Assembly: GCA_026023565.1 (NCBI GenBank)
Contig: JAPETS010000003.1
Coordinates: 310,001-374,000, forward strand
Source: Cirrosporium novae-zelandiae
Taxonomy: Eukaryota
Direction: 5' to 3'
DNA length: 64,000 nucleotides
The notes beneath the pieces are model-generated. The model did not search any database, was not told where the DNA came from, and was given only the letters and a program-made list of their open reading frames with translations. The position numbers and the translations under genes were made by a program. How positions within the stretch are numbered: position 1 is the stretch's first letter; the number at the start of each line of letters is the position of its first letter. Below, piece after piece: positions 1 through 12,569 of this stretch.

Positions 1-144
1 GGCATGAATGGTTTTATTGCTGGGATATAGCTGAGGTACCGCAAATCTTAGCTCTCCATTCAAGGTTGCACATATGAAAGCCTAAGATATTCAGGCACAA
101 CAGGCCTCCCCATAGCTAAGATAGCCAAGCAAATAGCCGCTCTC

Positions 145-327
145 TACTTTCGAGGGGTAGAAATGAAAGCGACCAGACCCCAAAAATGAACCCAGAAAAG
201 TGACCTTCAGGAGGCCTCCAAATTAAATTTTTATTGAAAACAGATTTTTTTTGAAGGCCTTCCTAGGATCACTTTTCTGGGATCACTTTTGGGGGTCTAG
301 TCGCTTTCATTTCTACCGTCAAAAGTA
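145..327. mobile_element. Palindromic MITE-like element, copy A
   Basis: Left end TActttcgaggggtagaaatgaaagcgaccagaccccaaaa is the imperfect reverse complement of right end ttttgggggtctagtcgctttcatttctaccgtcaaaagTA; TA at both ends; inner gaggcctcca...gaaggccttcc hairpin; related copies at ~17.3, 22.0 and 22.4 kb. Confidence 0.8.
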
Positions 328-1190
328 CAGCCCGATGAATACGAGAGACGACAGACGAGGATGATTGTATGGCCAACCATAGTGGCAAGGATCCTCGACA
401 CTGCTAGGGATGAAATTCAAGATATCACGGTATTAACAATTTCCGATATAGATTCTAAGGTTTTGGAAAAAAGAAGAAAAGATTGAGGAGATAAACTCTT
501 CAGCTGTCCAGGTCCAGACTTTAAGGCTGATTCAGGCAGCTTTCGGACCAATAAGGAGGCAGCGTATACGGTCGTATAGAATTGAGCTCTAAGCCTTATC
601 TAAACGGGATCCGGAACTTAAAAAACTCTCCCAATGTATAGGTACGATACGCGGATAACACTAGAGTAGTTAGACGTTCGTTGACTGGTAATTAGATACT
701 AAGTACACGTACGGCAGTAGATATTAAACGAAGAAATTTGGTGGCTTGAAGTTCTCGCATGCATAACTGCGATGGGCTTAGTCTCCGACTACCATTTTTA
801 AACTTTATCACCACAGCCGCATTTACCTCCACTGTACTTTAACTATCTACATGCTGAGCTACTCCTACTCCAGTAAGAATACAGCCATGTCGCTCCTTCT
901 CTTGTTCTATGACCTAGTGTATTCCAGCTCTTGACAACTAGGCTGAGCATGCCTTCAATCAAACCCTTGTCGTTTGAGATCAATATTATCATCATCATGG
1001 CTTATCGTTGTCCTCTCAACTTTTTGCTCCCCCTCATATATTTGGGGGCAATCCCTTCTCTGATGATGTCCTTTCTGTGGCAGCATCAACATTTTTTTGG
1101 TTTTCTCTTTTTTCACGACCATTGATCAAGATATCCTTTTTTTTTCGTTGTTACCGGCACCCAACAGCTCGATAACTCATTTTTACAAAC

Positions 1191-2527
1191 ATGACGACGT
1201 CCTCAAGCTCTGATTCCAGCTGCCCGGCACTACCAACCTCAGATCCCAAGCCCGTCATCAATGGCATGACCTTTCAGCACGTCGCTGCGATCGCTAGCTT
1301 GGCATGTACTGTCTGGACAACACTGGTTTTTTTCTTCCTCCTTAACAGACACCTTCTTCGATATGCTGTAGGCGACGAACAAAGGCAGATTGTCCGCATC
1401 ATAGCGACTCCAGTCATATTCAGCTTGATAAGCCTCCTTATGATCCTCTTTTATTCATCTGCCCTCTATATCGACCCGATTCGTGATACATATGAGGCAA
1501 TCGCTCTTGTTAGCTTGTTCCTGCTCTATGTCAACTACCTTGTGCCCCGGGGAGAGGACCGCCTGAAGTGCTTCTACAATTTCGATCGTAAAAATAAAGC
1601 TGGAGAAATCATTCCTGGAGGAAGTCTTAAATGGTTCAAGGTATGGCTTCTCGCATGCATTACACCATACGAAATATATCTCACAAAATGTCAATGGCAA
1701 TTAGAAAACATGGGTCTGTGTTTTCCAGTATATTATTAGTAAGATTATTTTGATGGCTGCCCAAATGATCACTGAGGCGGCTGGGATCTATTGCGAGACA
1801 TCGAATAAGATCCGGTATGGGCATATCTGGGTGAGCTCCACGATACCTGATTTGGTAACCGACTGCGGATCTTCTAACTTCTATCGATAGATCAAAGTTA
1901 TAGGGATATTGGTGACTATAATAGCCGTCATGTCAGTTGTACGATTCTATTCGCAGCTCAAGGCAGAGTTGGCCGGTCATAGGCCGCTATTAAAACTCAT
2001 TGCCTTCAAGCTTATTGTCTTCTTGGATTTGGTTCAGACTGTGAGTTGCAGATATCTAATTGATTCCTAGGCATGAGTTCGTCAATTAATACCATACACA
2101 GTCCATTTTCACCTTCTTAGCCTCCAGCGATGATAATTCGCTGAGCTCCAAGTTCACCTATCAAGACCTCACAATTGGCCTCCCTTGTCTACTCACTAGC
2201 ATAGAAATGGCATTGTTTGCCTTGGCCTTTATTTATGTCTTCAACACCGCAGACTACAAGTCCAAAACACGATCGTCACCACCTCTTCCTTACTTTCAAG
2301 CGTTTGCCGATGCCATGAATCCTAGTGATCTTCTAATCGGCATCTATGATGCTTTCCTGTTCTTGTCCCAGAGATCGGGCACCGAGGACATGCCAGCATC
2401 AAAATATCCTCCACCCAACAGAGGGTCCCCCCTTGAACGTTTGATCCCTGGAGCTACGGATAGAACGGATTATGATATCAATCATATGTCACCCCCACCA
2501 TCATATATATCAGCAGCCCGGAGGTAG
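1191..2527 (+). CDS. OST-alpha / TMEM184-family membrane transporter (4 exons: ~1191-1640, ~1705-1830, 1891-2040, 2102-2527)
   Basis: Motifs EQRQIVRII..PV, IRDTYEA..L..LF.L, KLIAFKLIVFL..Q, EMALFA; multiple TM helices; GT..AG introns join ORFs 1191 and 2207. Confidence 0.85.
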
Positions 2528-2845
2528 GGGAAGCCATATTTGAATTTCGCATAAGTCACTATCATATTGCTGGGGTCAATTAGCGTTAGTTGCTAATGGG
2601 TCGGAAAAACAACATAGGGAGAAATGGATTTTGATATGTTCATGATTATGGCTAGTCTTTTGTTCTTGATGGTACAGATGAAAGAGACCAGACCTAGGCA
2701 AATGGTATATAGTTTACGGAGTTTGAACAACATCTATGTAGAGGTTTTGAGGAAACGTTCAAGTAAAGTCGGGTGATAACTCAAATCGACTTTATCAAAA
2801 ATTAATTTTGTTTGATTCTATCATCGTGTCCGGCCACTTTCATTT

Positions 2846-4609
2846 CTACCCATTAGAAGTACGATGAGTATTTTGTGATAGCAAAAAAGCTTGCCTGAAT
2901 CCAAATTCTAGACCTATGCGCCGTAGAATCTCTTGTGCAAGGAGTTTCTTGTCACGAGACACCTGTGTTGCCGTGTGAATAACAAATAAAGGCCATGTAA
3001 GAAAAAAGGCCCCCAGTCTTCCACTGCCTGTAGGACGTGAAGTACGTCCTACATTATCAATATCGCCGAGAGAGAAGGGTACGCTAGCGAGAATCTCATC
3101 CGCCAGTTGGCCTACTAGTTTGCGGCATGGAAAAATAGCACCTGAGTCAGGAACAGGAACGGGACCATGATGGTTATTTATGACATGCGTAGCGGAGATT
3201 CCGTCTACACCGTCGAAAGATTCGTGCAGAAGAATACGCGAGGCTCGATAAAAGTTCCAAAGGCTAGCGATGTGAACATCGGTATACACATGATGGAAAC
3301 CAAGGCTGTGTGACGAGCCGCCGCCATCAACACCACCAATGGTCTCATAATCCCATTGCGGTGACGCACTGTCACGCCAGTGGCTCATGGCGATGTCTAC
3401 CATGAACGCTTCATCTTGGATAGACGACAAAAATTCTATCTCTCGAGCTCGGTTCTGTTCCACGGACGAATTGAACTGCTTAATTCGTGCGCGAATCTCA
3501 CTGATCCTGAAAAGTCCAGCTCCGAGACGCTGGTTTGGTAATGGCCCTGTGGTCTTGTCTGTCCATTCGCGGGGATTAAGGGTTAGCTGCTCGGAAAAGA
3601 TGAGACTCCGTAACTTCTACACCATTCCCCGCACGTTAGCATTGCGCCTAATTGGGGACAAGGGGGGGAGTAGAGGGGTGTCACCAAATGCCCAAATAGC
3701 GTGCGGAAGACATCTCGTCCCCATTTGGTGTCCAACTGCTGTCCCCCGCGCAGCTTTAGAAGATAGGAGATGACCTGTATGTGGGATCCCCAGGGTTCCA
3801 AGGGTCCCTCGCTCATGGCCTACATATACTATTATTACATGCTTAGTTTGGTATATCAAACCTCACAAGCCAATCTCACCTCGTACAATCCCAGAAGCCA
3901 AATGGTCATCATTGTTGCATCGTGACAAGGACGCTCAGGGTTCTGGATAGCATTACGAAGAAGACCTAGAGATTTTCCAAAGGTAATCCTAGCATCCATG
4001 GCAAGCGTACTGCTGCTCAACCGATGAGCATTGCAGGCCATACCGACGCTGGATAAGGCCATCCTAAAACAGGGATGCTGCTCTGAGGATGATTGATAGA
4101 GATCGGGTAAAAATGCTAGAAAGCCAGGGTATTGAACTTCAGGATTTGTTGGAAGGATGAAAGTAGAGAAAAAAAGACAGATAGACTCATGCTCGGCAAG
4201 TGACGGTGGCAGTACAGGCGGGGGAAGAAACAGCCCCCTCGTCACAATCTGTGGGTCCAGCTGCTCTTCCACTAACGATGATGCAGTCGTCGAGACGTTG
4301 AGGTCCACGGTTGTAACTTGATGCTTCCTAGGTCGAGGTTGTAGGGCACTAAGCTTGGCGGCAGCATTCTCATCACGGAAAATAAGGTGGTCTATGTTTC
4401 GATAGCCAGGGCAGTCCACACCAGCTTTCTGGCATCGGGTGCATTGTGGTTTAGTTTCATCGCACTAGGCAGCCAATCAGCCAAATAAATCAAGCTTTAC
4501 TTTTGTACAGGTAGGTACAGTAAACAGGTTGACAACTCAAACTCACTTTTACCTTGCGTGAACGGCATCGTTCACATCCACGGCTAGGGCCTTTTCCTGT
4601 TCCTGGCAT
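2846..4609 (-). CDS. Zn(II)2Cys6 transcription factor, multi-exon
   Basis: Spliced N-terminus MPGTGKGPSRGCERCRSRKVK|CDETKPQCTRCQKAGVDCPGY gives the six-Cys binuclear cluster; C-terminal WNFYRASRILLH and ILASVPFSLGD segments typical of fungal TFs. Confidence 0.88.
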
Positions 4610-5003
4610 GTCGTAACGAACGTAATTATCTCCAATACCGGGGGCTCTCTAAGGGGGTATGGCATGCGAAGCTGGTTCTATTATACTCGTTGTAGTTCCT
4701 AGTGTATTTCCATAAGACTCTGTAGGTTTGAGATGTCCGAAAGCTTAGTGAAGCTTGTTGAAGCTACCGAAAAGCTACTCGGGCAAGGCTGATTGATGGC
4801 TAACTGTGGATTAATTAATGAAATTCTGTCAAAGGAGAGGTTAGAATTGGTCTTCAAAGCTGAAAGTCTATCGCGATAAGGATCGAACTAAGAGGTTCTT
4901 TGGTACGACATGACAAAATCCTTCATAAGCCCCCACATTCTTACTGCGTTGTAGTCTAACCACTATTGAGGAAATGCATGCGCACCCTATTTACATTTTG
5001 ACT

Positions 5004-5965
5004 TCACTGGAGATTTACAAACATCCCTCCATCAACTAAGAGCTGAGCGCCAGTCTAATTATCATTTTATCATTAGTCTTTTCTCACGTTCCAAGAGCCA
5101 GCCACCTGGACCAATCAAGGCTTTGAAAGAAAAGTGCACTCACCACATATCCACTCAACCTATCGCTTGCTAAAAACACCGCGGGCCCCGCACAATCCTT
5201 CGGCACCCCCGTCCTACCCAGTGGAATTCTTCCTTCTGTATATTTTCTCTTCTCTTCATCCTTCAGGTCCTCTAGATTCAACTTCGTCTCAATAGTTCCA
5301 GGCAATAGCGCATTGCATCTAATATTGTATTTTCCCAAAGCGACTGCACAGCTCTGCATCAAACTCAACACCCCTGCCTTCGTTGGTGTATAGTGTGTCT
5401 GTAAACCACCGCCTACCAGCGCGCTGATACTGCTGATAGCGATGATGCTCCCCCCGGGCGGATCTTGAGTTGCCATCTGTTTTGCGGCTGCCTGAGTAGC
5501 ATAGAATGCCCCATCCATGTTTATCCTGATAGTCCGTTCATATACGTTGAGGGGCATGGTGAGAAACTCGGCAAACTGGCAGATTCCAGCATTGGAGACG
5601 AAAATGTCAAGGCGGTGGAAGTATTCCACAGCAGTGTCAACAATCGCTTGACCCGTAGATGAGTCAGAGACATCTCCAGCGACAAAGATGCATTCGGTTC
5701 CATTTTTGGGACGTTCTGCGTGGAAAGCCGAAACGCGAGCTACATCCCTTTCTGCGGATACGTGGTTGATGACGACGTGCGCGCCTTCGGCAAGGAATTC
5801 AAGAGCAATTGCCTAAGCCGATCAGTATAATCATAGCTGCACCCTGGAGATTGTGTTTGCGCTGGTGCATACTCTACCTATGCCTGCAAGGCCGCCGGTG
5901 ATGGCGGCGACCTTGCCGGCCAGGAGCCCTAAGGGAATTGAGGTGGGGCTTTTAGTGGATTCCAT
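5004..5965 (-). CDS. LRA1: L-rhamnose 1-dehydrogenase (SDR family), 3 exons
   Basis: LLAGKVAAITGGLAGIGR, FVSNAGIC.F.EFL, ISSISALVGG.LQTHYTPTKAGVLSLMQSCAVALGKYNIRCNALLPGTI and C-terminal VDGGMFVNLQ closely match fungal LRA1/RHA1 sequences as I recall them. Confidence 0.85.
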
Positions 5966-6448
5966 GAGGATAAGTATCTCTCTGGGTTATCAGTATTGCG
6001 GGGTTCCAAGCGATATTCATCATAATTATGAGCATTCTCGATTACGTTTAAATAAAGCTTTTGTCTCGTGAGTTGTTTGTTAGTCTGCTACTTCAATTTT
6101 CCAGTCTCTTGATTATCCGCCTGATTATCGGCTCTAGATGCACCGAGTTACACCGAGATAGCTAAACAACATCTGACGATATTTCAACTATTGTTTGATA
6201 ATTATACATAATACAATATTATCATATCATTGTTAATTTTGCTGCCCACATGTGATATATTTGTCTTGGACTTTTCGAACAAGGGTCTTTCAGGCCCTCC
6301 ATACAGAGGCGAAGAGCAAAGCAGTCAAAGTGCCGTTTTATTTTTTTCCCATTTTCGCAAAGTATATCTTCTTCTATAACGAGTTACAAATCGAACTCAA
6401 ACTTTCTTGCTATGCGATAACCATTTCGATTCTACCGGTCGAGCCGTG

Positions 6449-7319
6449 CTAGCTAGTACTGTATGAAACTTTGCTGCGACCCTTCTGCCGACTTATCTTT
6501 CGTATTTGAATAGGTCCGACGTCGCTGGTATTGGGGAAGTGAGTTCCTCCACAAGGATATGCCCCAGCGCCCTCAATCTCTACAGCCCTCATAAGCTCGC
6601 CGTCTGGTAAGGCTACATTATCCGGGACAATGACGCATTTTTCCTTCAGCTCTTTCTCATTCCAAAAGTGGACATTGACAGGCGTTGCCTGCTGCATGAG
6701 CTCATTTGTCTTTGCTTGAATAGCGCCCTTGTGTTTTCCATCAATTAGTCCCTGGAATTCTACGAATGCTGAACCTGGGTAATGTTGTGCCTTCAGCTCC
6801 GTTACATCTGGCATCGACTGGGAGAGACTGCGAACGGCGAGACCAAGCAAGTGTCCGGCGGTGTGAATGCGCGAATGAAGATCCCGCTTTTCGCCATCGA
6901 TGGTTTGCTTCACACTCTCGTTCTCAGTAAAAGTACGAGAGTCTGGAGGTACAAAGCGGCCAAGATGGAGGACGCAACCCTCTGACCCATGGCGGACAGA
7001 AGCCACCTCGAATGATGTAACATCTCCAGCATCCTCCGAACTCATAATGCCCGTATCGCTTGGTTGACCACCACCTTGTACGTAAAATATTGTATCGGTA
7101 GTAACCACGACATGATCTTCGTCTGCAGCTTGCTTGAAGAGTGCACGATTGGCTTCAGAGAGGGCGGAAACTGGCTGGACAGCAAGGACTTTTGTGATGA
7201 TTGAACGGAGTTTTTGATCGTGTTGGTACAACAGTCGCGTACGAGGAAATTTATTCTGATATCCAAGGTGCATTCAGATTAGCGACGATCTTATAGTTGA
7301 AGGAGGAAATTTTTACCAT
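6449..7319 (-). CDS. Free-standing AlaX (AlaXp) tRNA trans-editing protein
   Basis: TIFYVQGGGQPSDTG, HTAGH (HxxxH) and CGGTH (CxxxH) zinc-editing motifs; probable ATG-only first exon (7317-7319) followed by a GT..CTAAT..CAG intron. Confidence 0.88.
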
Positions 7320-7713
7320 GATAGTTAGCAAAAGAGGACCAAACGGGACCATACATAGCAAAATATATCTAGCTGGGGGTTATTCGAAGTTGGAGCAGAG
7401 GGACTTGACTTTATACAAATTTCCTATCCATCTTTACATGCATACTCGTATCAGAGGCTTATTATCATAATTAATAATTTATAAAGTCGAACATGAGTGG
7501 ACGGCGGGACTTACGCCCTTTGAGTACAAATACGCCTATATCGGTCGGTGTCCGGGGTCACTCGGAAAATCGAGGAATAATTACATCACATGACTTCGTG
7601 CAGAGATTTCTTCTTATCGTGTTTCCCTATGATTGCGTGTCGACCCTCCGCTATCCGCTAGACTTATAAGTTAGCAACAAACTGAAATTCGAAAGCCCCA
7701 AGAAAATTTCATC

Positions 7714-8955
7714 ATGGAGAACATTAGCAATCTCCCTGTTGAGCTGCCCGCCAAAGTTTCAGAATGCAGCGAGTTACGTCTAAATGAGATGAACCTTTTC
7801 GACAAGCTCATAGGCGAATTCTTCGACGCAATTGCGGAAAGAAATCCCAAGCATCGTGAATGGTACCGTAAAATATCAAGGTCACCTCAAGGCGCTCATC
7901 AGATCGCTTGGAAATCCGGAAAACCTTTTTCTCCTCACTTTCTCTTTTTCCGAACTGTCGACACGGCACGGTTGATGCCAATGGCATATGCCGAATTTCG
8001 AGTACAGTTTTGGGCCCATAAGTTCTTCTGGGTGGAGCGTGATGCTAAGAAGCAGGGCAATGTTGAACAATATGACAGCGTGGGATTTATGAGACTTACA
8101 ATGGTCGCACTTGTAGGCTTAGCAGTATTTCATAATCTCAAGGATAAACAACCACTGAGACACACCACAGGCGCCAGAGCTATTGCTCTTAAGAAATCGC
8201 TATGACAGAGGTTGCGGTGATATTCCTATCATCCTCACGGAATGGACTAGCCACAAACTTAATCTTGCCATGGAATATTGGCAAGCTCTGAGTAGAGACG
8301 AATGGTCTATAGAGGAAAAAAGGGAGCAGTGTAAGTAAAGCCTTGCTGCACAATATCCAAGGCCTCCAAGACCTCTCTCTGAATATGACGCAATAGTCGT
8401 AAAAGTTTATAAGCATTTTGGTCGGAAAGCCAAGCCAAGCTTCCTTCAAGTCGACTGTCTCGTTCGATCTCTTTTCTTGGACCCAGTGATTGATTATCTA
8501 CCCGCCTTTGTGATCATCATGCACAATCCCCGAGCGGAGGATGGTCACGCGCGGGTTCTCTTCCAGCGACCATCATTTGTGCCTCCGCCAGAGCTCGTTA
8601 AAGAATGGCCAACGGGCTGTGGTAACCCCGGATGTACCAAGCCTGACTGCAGCTTCATAGACATTAAGGAGACATTTTGCTTACAAGAAGGCTCTCCGAT
8701 GGTGAGAAGCCCAATCTTTGAGACAGGTCTAGTATTGTGTAATAGATGGGGCTGTACAAACCAGCATGCACCCAAGTGCTGTGAGAAGCTGTCGCTGTGT
8801 CAGAAATGCAAACAAGTGAGATATTGCAGCCGGCCATGCCAGGTACGTGGTTATTCAATTGTAGACTGCAACTATCTGACAGAGGCTCCACCTGGGAATA
8901 ATAGGTTCTCGATTGGCCTCAGCATAAAAACGTTTGCGAGAAGAGAGAAGACTAA
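7714..8955 (+). CDS. Hypothetical protein with C-terminal MYND-type zinc finger (internal exon structure uncertain)
   Basis: Spliced C-terminus CQKCKQVRYCSRPCQ|VLDWPQHKNVC (intron ~8843-8904) matches the MYND consensus; linkage to ORF 7714-8205 not resolved. Confidence 0.6.
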
Positions 8956-9501
8956 ATCATGGCGAGTTATATAAAATTCCTGCAATGAGAGAACACAGTC
9001 AACCCACAAATAGTTTATATAGACTATACTACTTTCGCCAGGTAGAAATAAAAACGGCCAAACCCAAATATGGAATCAGGAAAGGGACTTTAGGGAGGTC
9101 TCCAAATAAAAGTAGTATTCGCATAGTCACATAGTCACAATTGATCTTTGATTGAAAGCCTCCCGACTAAGTTAGTTCTAAAAATAATTTCCTCAACCGG
9201 CCAATTCGGAAAATCCGTATCATCCGAAGGAGGGTTTGATTAGCCGAGGTTTTCCTCCTATGCCGTCATTTGTTCCTGGCTGTTTTTATCTCCTTCAACT
9301 CCGCAATTGAGTTTTGGTGGGGGAAGCTGAAAAAGGAAAGATGCCGCATCTCCCATACCCCACACCCCCACATTGACACTTGATAATTATTGCCTAATCG
9401 TTTACATATATAGAAAGCATATCCTGAGGCGTGGTTGCTCTATTGTAAGAATATTTTAATATTCTCCCTCATAATCATATACCTAGGAAACCTGCGATAA
9501 A

Positions 9502-10792
9502 ATGGCGACGGTCAATGGAACAACACATCCCCAGCTTTCCTCACGGCTATACTCCATCTCAAAACCTCCTTCCATAGTCGAATTTGAGGCCCTCTGCTCC
9601 CAGACCACTTCAAAGGACACGTATCCTCTCGCCGAATTAATATCCTCCAACGTTCCGATCTACGACCTCACATCCCTCCATTCCGTCCTCTCCTCTCCCG
9701 AGAAGTCATCCGTCCTCCAAGACGAATGGCATCACATTCTTAAATCCGGCCCTGGTGTTTTAGTCTTGAAGCACATGTACCCCGACACCTTTATTCTAGG
9801 GAAAGCAAACACCGTATTCCGTTCCATTATTGCGTCCGAGAAATCTTCAATGAAAGGGGATCACTTTGCTGCGGGTGGCAAGAATGATCGCATCTGGAAT
9901 TCCTTCAACAAGCATGCCATGGCTGATCCAGAGGGCTTCGTCGAGTACTACTCAAACCCATGGATGGCACTTGTAAGCGAGGCCTGGTTAGGACCCGCTT
10001 ACCAGATTACCGCACAGGTGAATGTGGTAAAGCCTGGTGGAGCGCCGCAGGTTAGTCATCGGGATTATCATTTAGGATTTCAGGATGCGAAGGCCTGTGC
10101 AAGGTTTCCAAAGGCAATGCACGTGGCGAGTCAGTTGTTGACTTTGCAAGGAGCTGTGGCGCATAGTGACATGCCACTGGACAGTGGGCCGACGAGGCTT
10201 TTACCGTTTAGTCAACAATTCGAAGAAGGTTTCATGGCGTATCGGTTGCCGGAATTCAAGGAGTACTTTTTGAATCATTGGGTTGCGCTGCCGTTGGAAA
10301 TGGGGGATGGGGTTTTCTTTAATCCAGCATTATTCCATGCGGCAGGGGAAAACCGCACAAATGAGGTGGAAAGGAGTGCGAATTTGATACAGGTTAGCAG
10401 TGCGTTTGGGAAGACGATGGAGACGGTAGAACATCTGCCTCTGATTGAGAAGTGCTGGGATGAGCTACACCGAAAATGGGAGCATGAGAAAATGAGCCAA
10501 GAAGTTGAGGCATTTATCGCAGCTATAGGGGAAGGATATCCATTCCCTACAAGTAAGTCAATGTCTCTGACAGTAAAAGAAATTGAAATTATTGAGATCA
10601 GAGCTAATGGTCTGATTTTTGATAGATTTGGATAGACGGCATCCGTCTCCTGGTGGGATGGCGCCCATGAGCCAGCAGGATGTATTGCGCAAAGCACTGG
10701 AACAAGGATGGGGTCGAGAACAGGTTATAGATACATTGAAGCACATGGAGGATGATAATAGGGTATATCCGGTAAAAGTATTGAAAGAGTAG
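9502..10792 (+). CDS. Phytanoyl-CoA dioxygenase (PhyH) family Fe(II)/2OG oxygenase
   Basis: PGGAPQVSHRDYHLG (HxD), distal LFHAAG, GPTRLLPFSQ; intron 10553-10625 gives YPFPTN|LDRRHP C-terminus. Confidence 0.85.
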
Positions 10793-11832
10793 ATTTAGTT
10801 TCAGAATTCAACCTCGTGTTAGGACTTCTATAATGCAATTTTCCCGTCCGGTTAGTTCTAAATCCGCTGTTCCTGAATATGGGGGACGGGGGGAATGTGG
10901 AGTAAAGAATCTCAGCTCGCCCTTCTGATCGCCTTCGCCTACATTGAGAGCGGGATGAGGGCCATAGTAGATTCGGATAAGAATGGTTTTAGGCAATAAA
11001 GGGCAATAATACTTTGTTTTGCCATATGGCTATTGAGAAATACCTACCAAACGGGACAACGAAGGGGTTTTCCTTTGGAAGTGAGGGAATCCGAGCGATA
11101 AATACGAAGTGGCAGAATATTCTCCTCCACAACAAAACCGGATTCAATTAATTAACCAAGTAGAACATGTGTGCCATATAGAGAGTGTAGGCTGGCAAGG
11201 CTGGTGGGTGGCGGTTCAGATAAAGTTAAGCTGCTGGAGTTTACTAACCAAAAATAGATTAAAGTAGTGCACGTACAGGGATAATCAGTCTTACAGTAGT
11301 TCGGTGACCGTTCATTGACTTCATTACCATGGACCTGCTTTTCTCTTTTCCGCCATCAAACTTGCTCTCGTTTACTATTTTTTTCGAAATGAGACATGCA
11401 TTTGTACTCGTGGCTCGATATATTTGAGGCTAGCCCAGCCACGCGGTCCTGAAGAAAGAGAAGTGGTCTTCCATAATAATTAGCTCCTCGCCTTAATTTT
11501 CTTTCGGGGCAGGTCAGCGCTATTGCGGCATCCCCTCGTCATTCATCATTATGCGCGAACTGATTTCCCCAGCCTACGCTTATCCTAGCTGGAACCTTTT
11601 GGGGCTAGGAGGATCTAGCGCAGAACTCCACAGTCTTATAGCTGAGCTAAGAAAACCCAGCTATATATAAAACATGGTGGTCGATCTTCTAGTTGTTGTT
11701 TTTTATATATCATCCTCTCAATTTCGTCCTACTTTCTTCAAGTGTTTTTTTATACTATCAAGATAAATCCAACTGCGACTTCATATCACTTTCGCTAAAA
11801 TTACACTCACTCGCGATATATATTCACCCAAC

Positions 11833-12569
11833 ATGAAGTCCTCTACTGTTCTTGCATTCTTCCTCCCCGTTCTAGCCCTCTCCGTCCCTTTGAATAAATA
11901 TGGGGGTCACAACGACGGTTCCAATCGCTGTCTTACGGATGACCAAGTCACCACGATCCAAACAAACTGGCGGTCTCTCCTGATCAACATCGATTCAGCA
12001 ACAGCGAATAGCACCTTGACACCCGACTTCCAATTGTATTCGGACAGCGATAACTTCATCAAGGGGAAGGCCGTCGTACCTGTATGCCCCTGCCCCTTTC
12101 TCTCCCTCGCCTCCTTACTCCCTATAAACTAACCACCCCCCAAAAAACCAGGCCGGCACCGTAACCGATGCAAGCAGAGCCGCATTCGTAGCTCGCCAGT
12201 CCCTCTCCCAGTCAATCCTACACTCGCGCGTCGCAGGAATCACATTAACACCCCTCCAAATCCTCCACGACTGCAGCCAAATCGCAATACGGTGGCGCTG
12301 GCAAGGCACCTGGAACGTCAACAATGCCACCGGTTTTGAGTAAGCAATCCCAACCCCCTCCACCTTCACCATTATTCTAACCCTCATTCCCCCCTCCCAG
12401 CGCCAAAATCGGCGACCCCGTCGGCTTCACAGGTATCGACGTCCTCGAACTCGAGAACGGCACCAACCTCATCAAGACCGCATATACCGAACTCAACGCA
12501 CCTGAATTCTTCTGGGATGCTGGGGTCAAGATTTGCTTCCAGAGGAATAATGCTAGCGCGTGCTCGTAG
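11833..12569 (+). CDS. Small secreted protein, probable NTF2/SnoaL-like fold (3 exons)
   Basis: Signal peptide MKSSTVLAFFLPVLAL; CLTDDQ, LTPDFQLYSDSDNF, HDCSQIAIRWRW, GIDVLEL...IKTAYTELN pattern; two GT-AG introns (~12082-12151, ~12340-12400). Confidence 0.7.

Noticed and set aside
328..760. 52-codon open frame and TpA-rich DNA right of MITE copy A
   Set aside because: May be a decayed (RIP-like) gene interrupted by the MITE, but no recognisable homology
9502..10792. PhyH dioxygenase as part of the rhamnose or thymine pathway
   Set aside because: No sequence evidence for substrate; separated from those genes by unrelated loci
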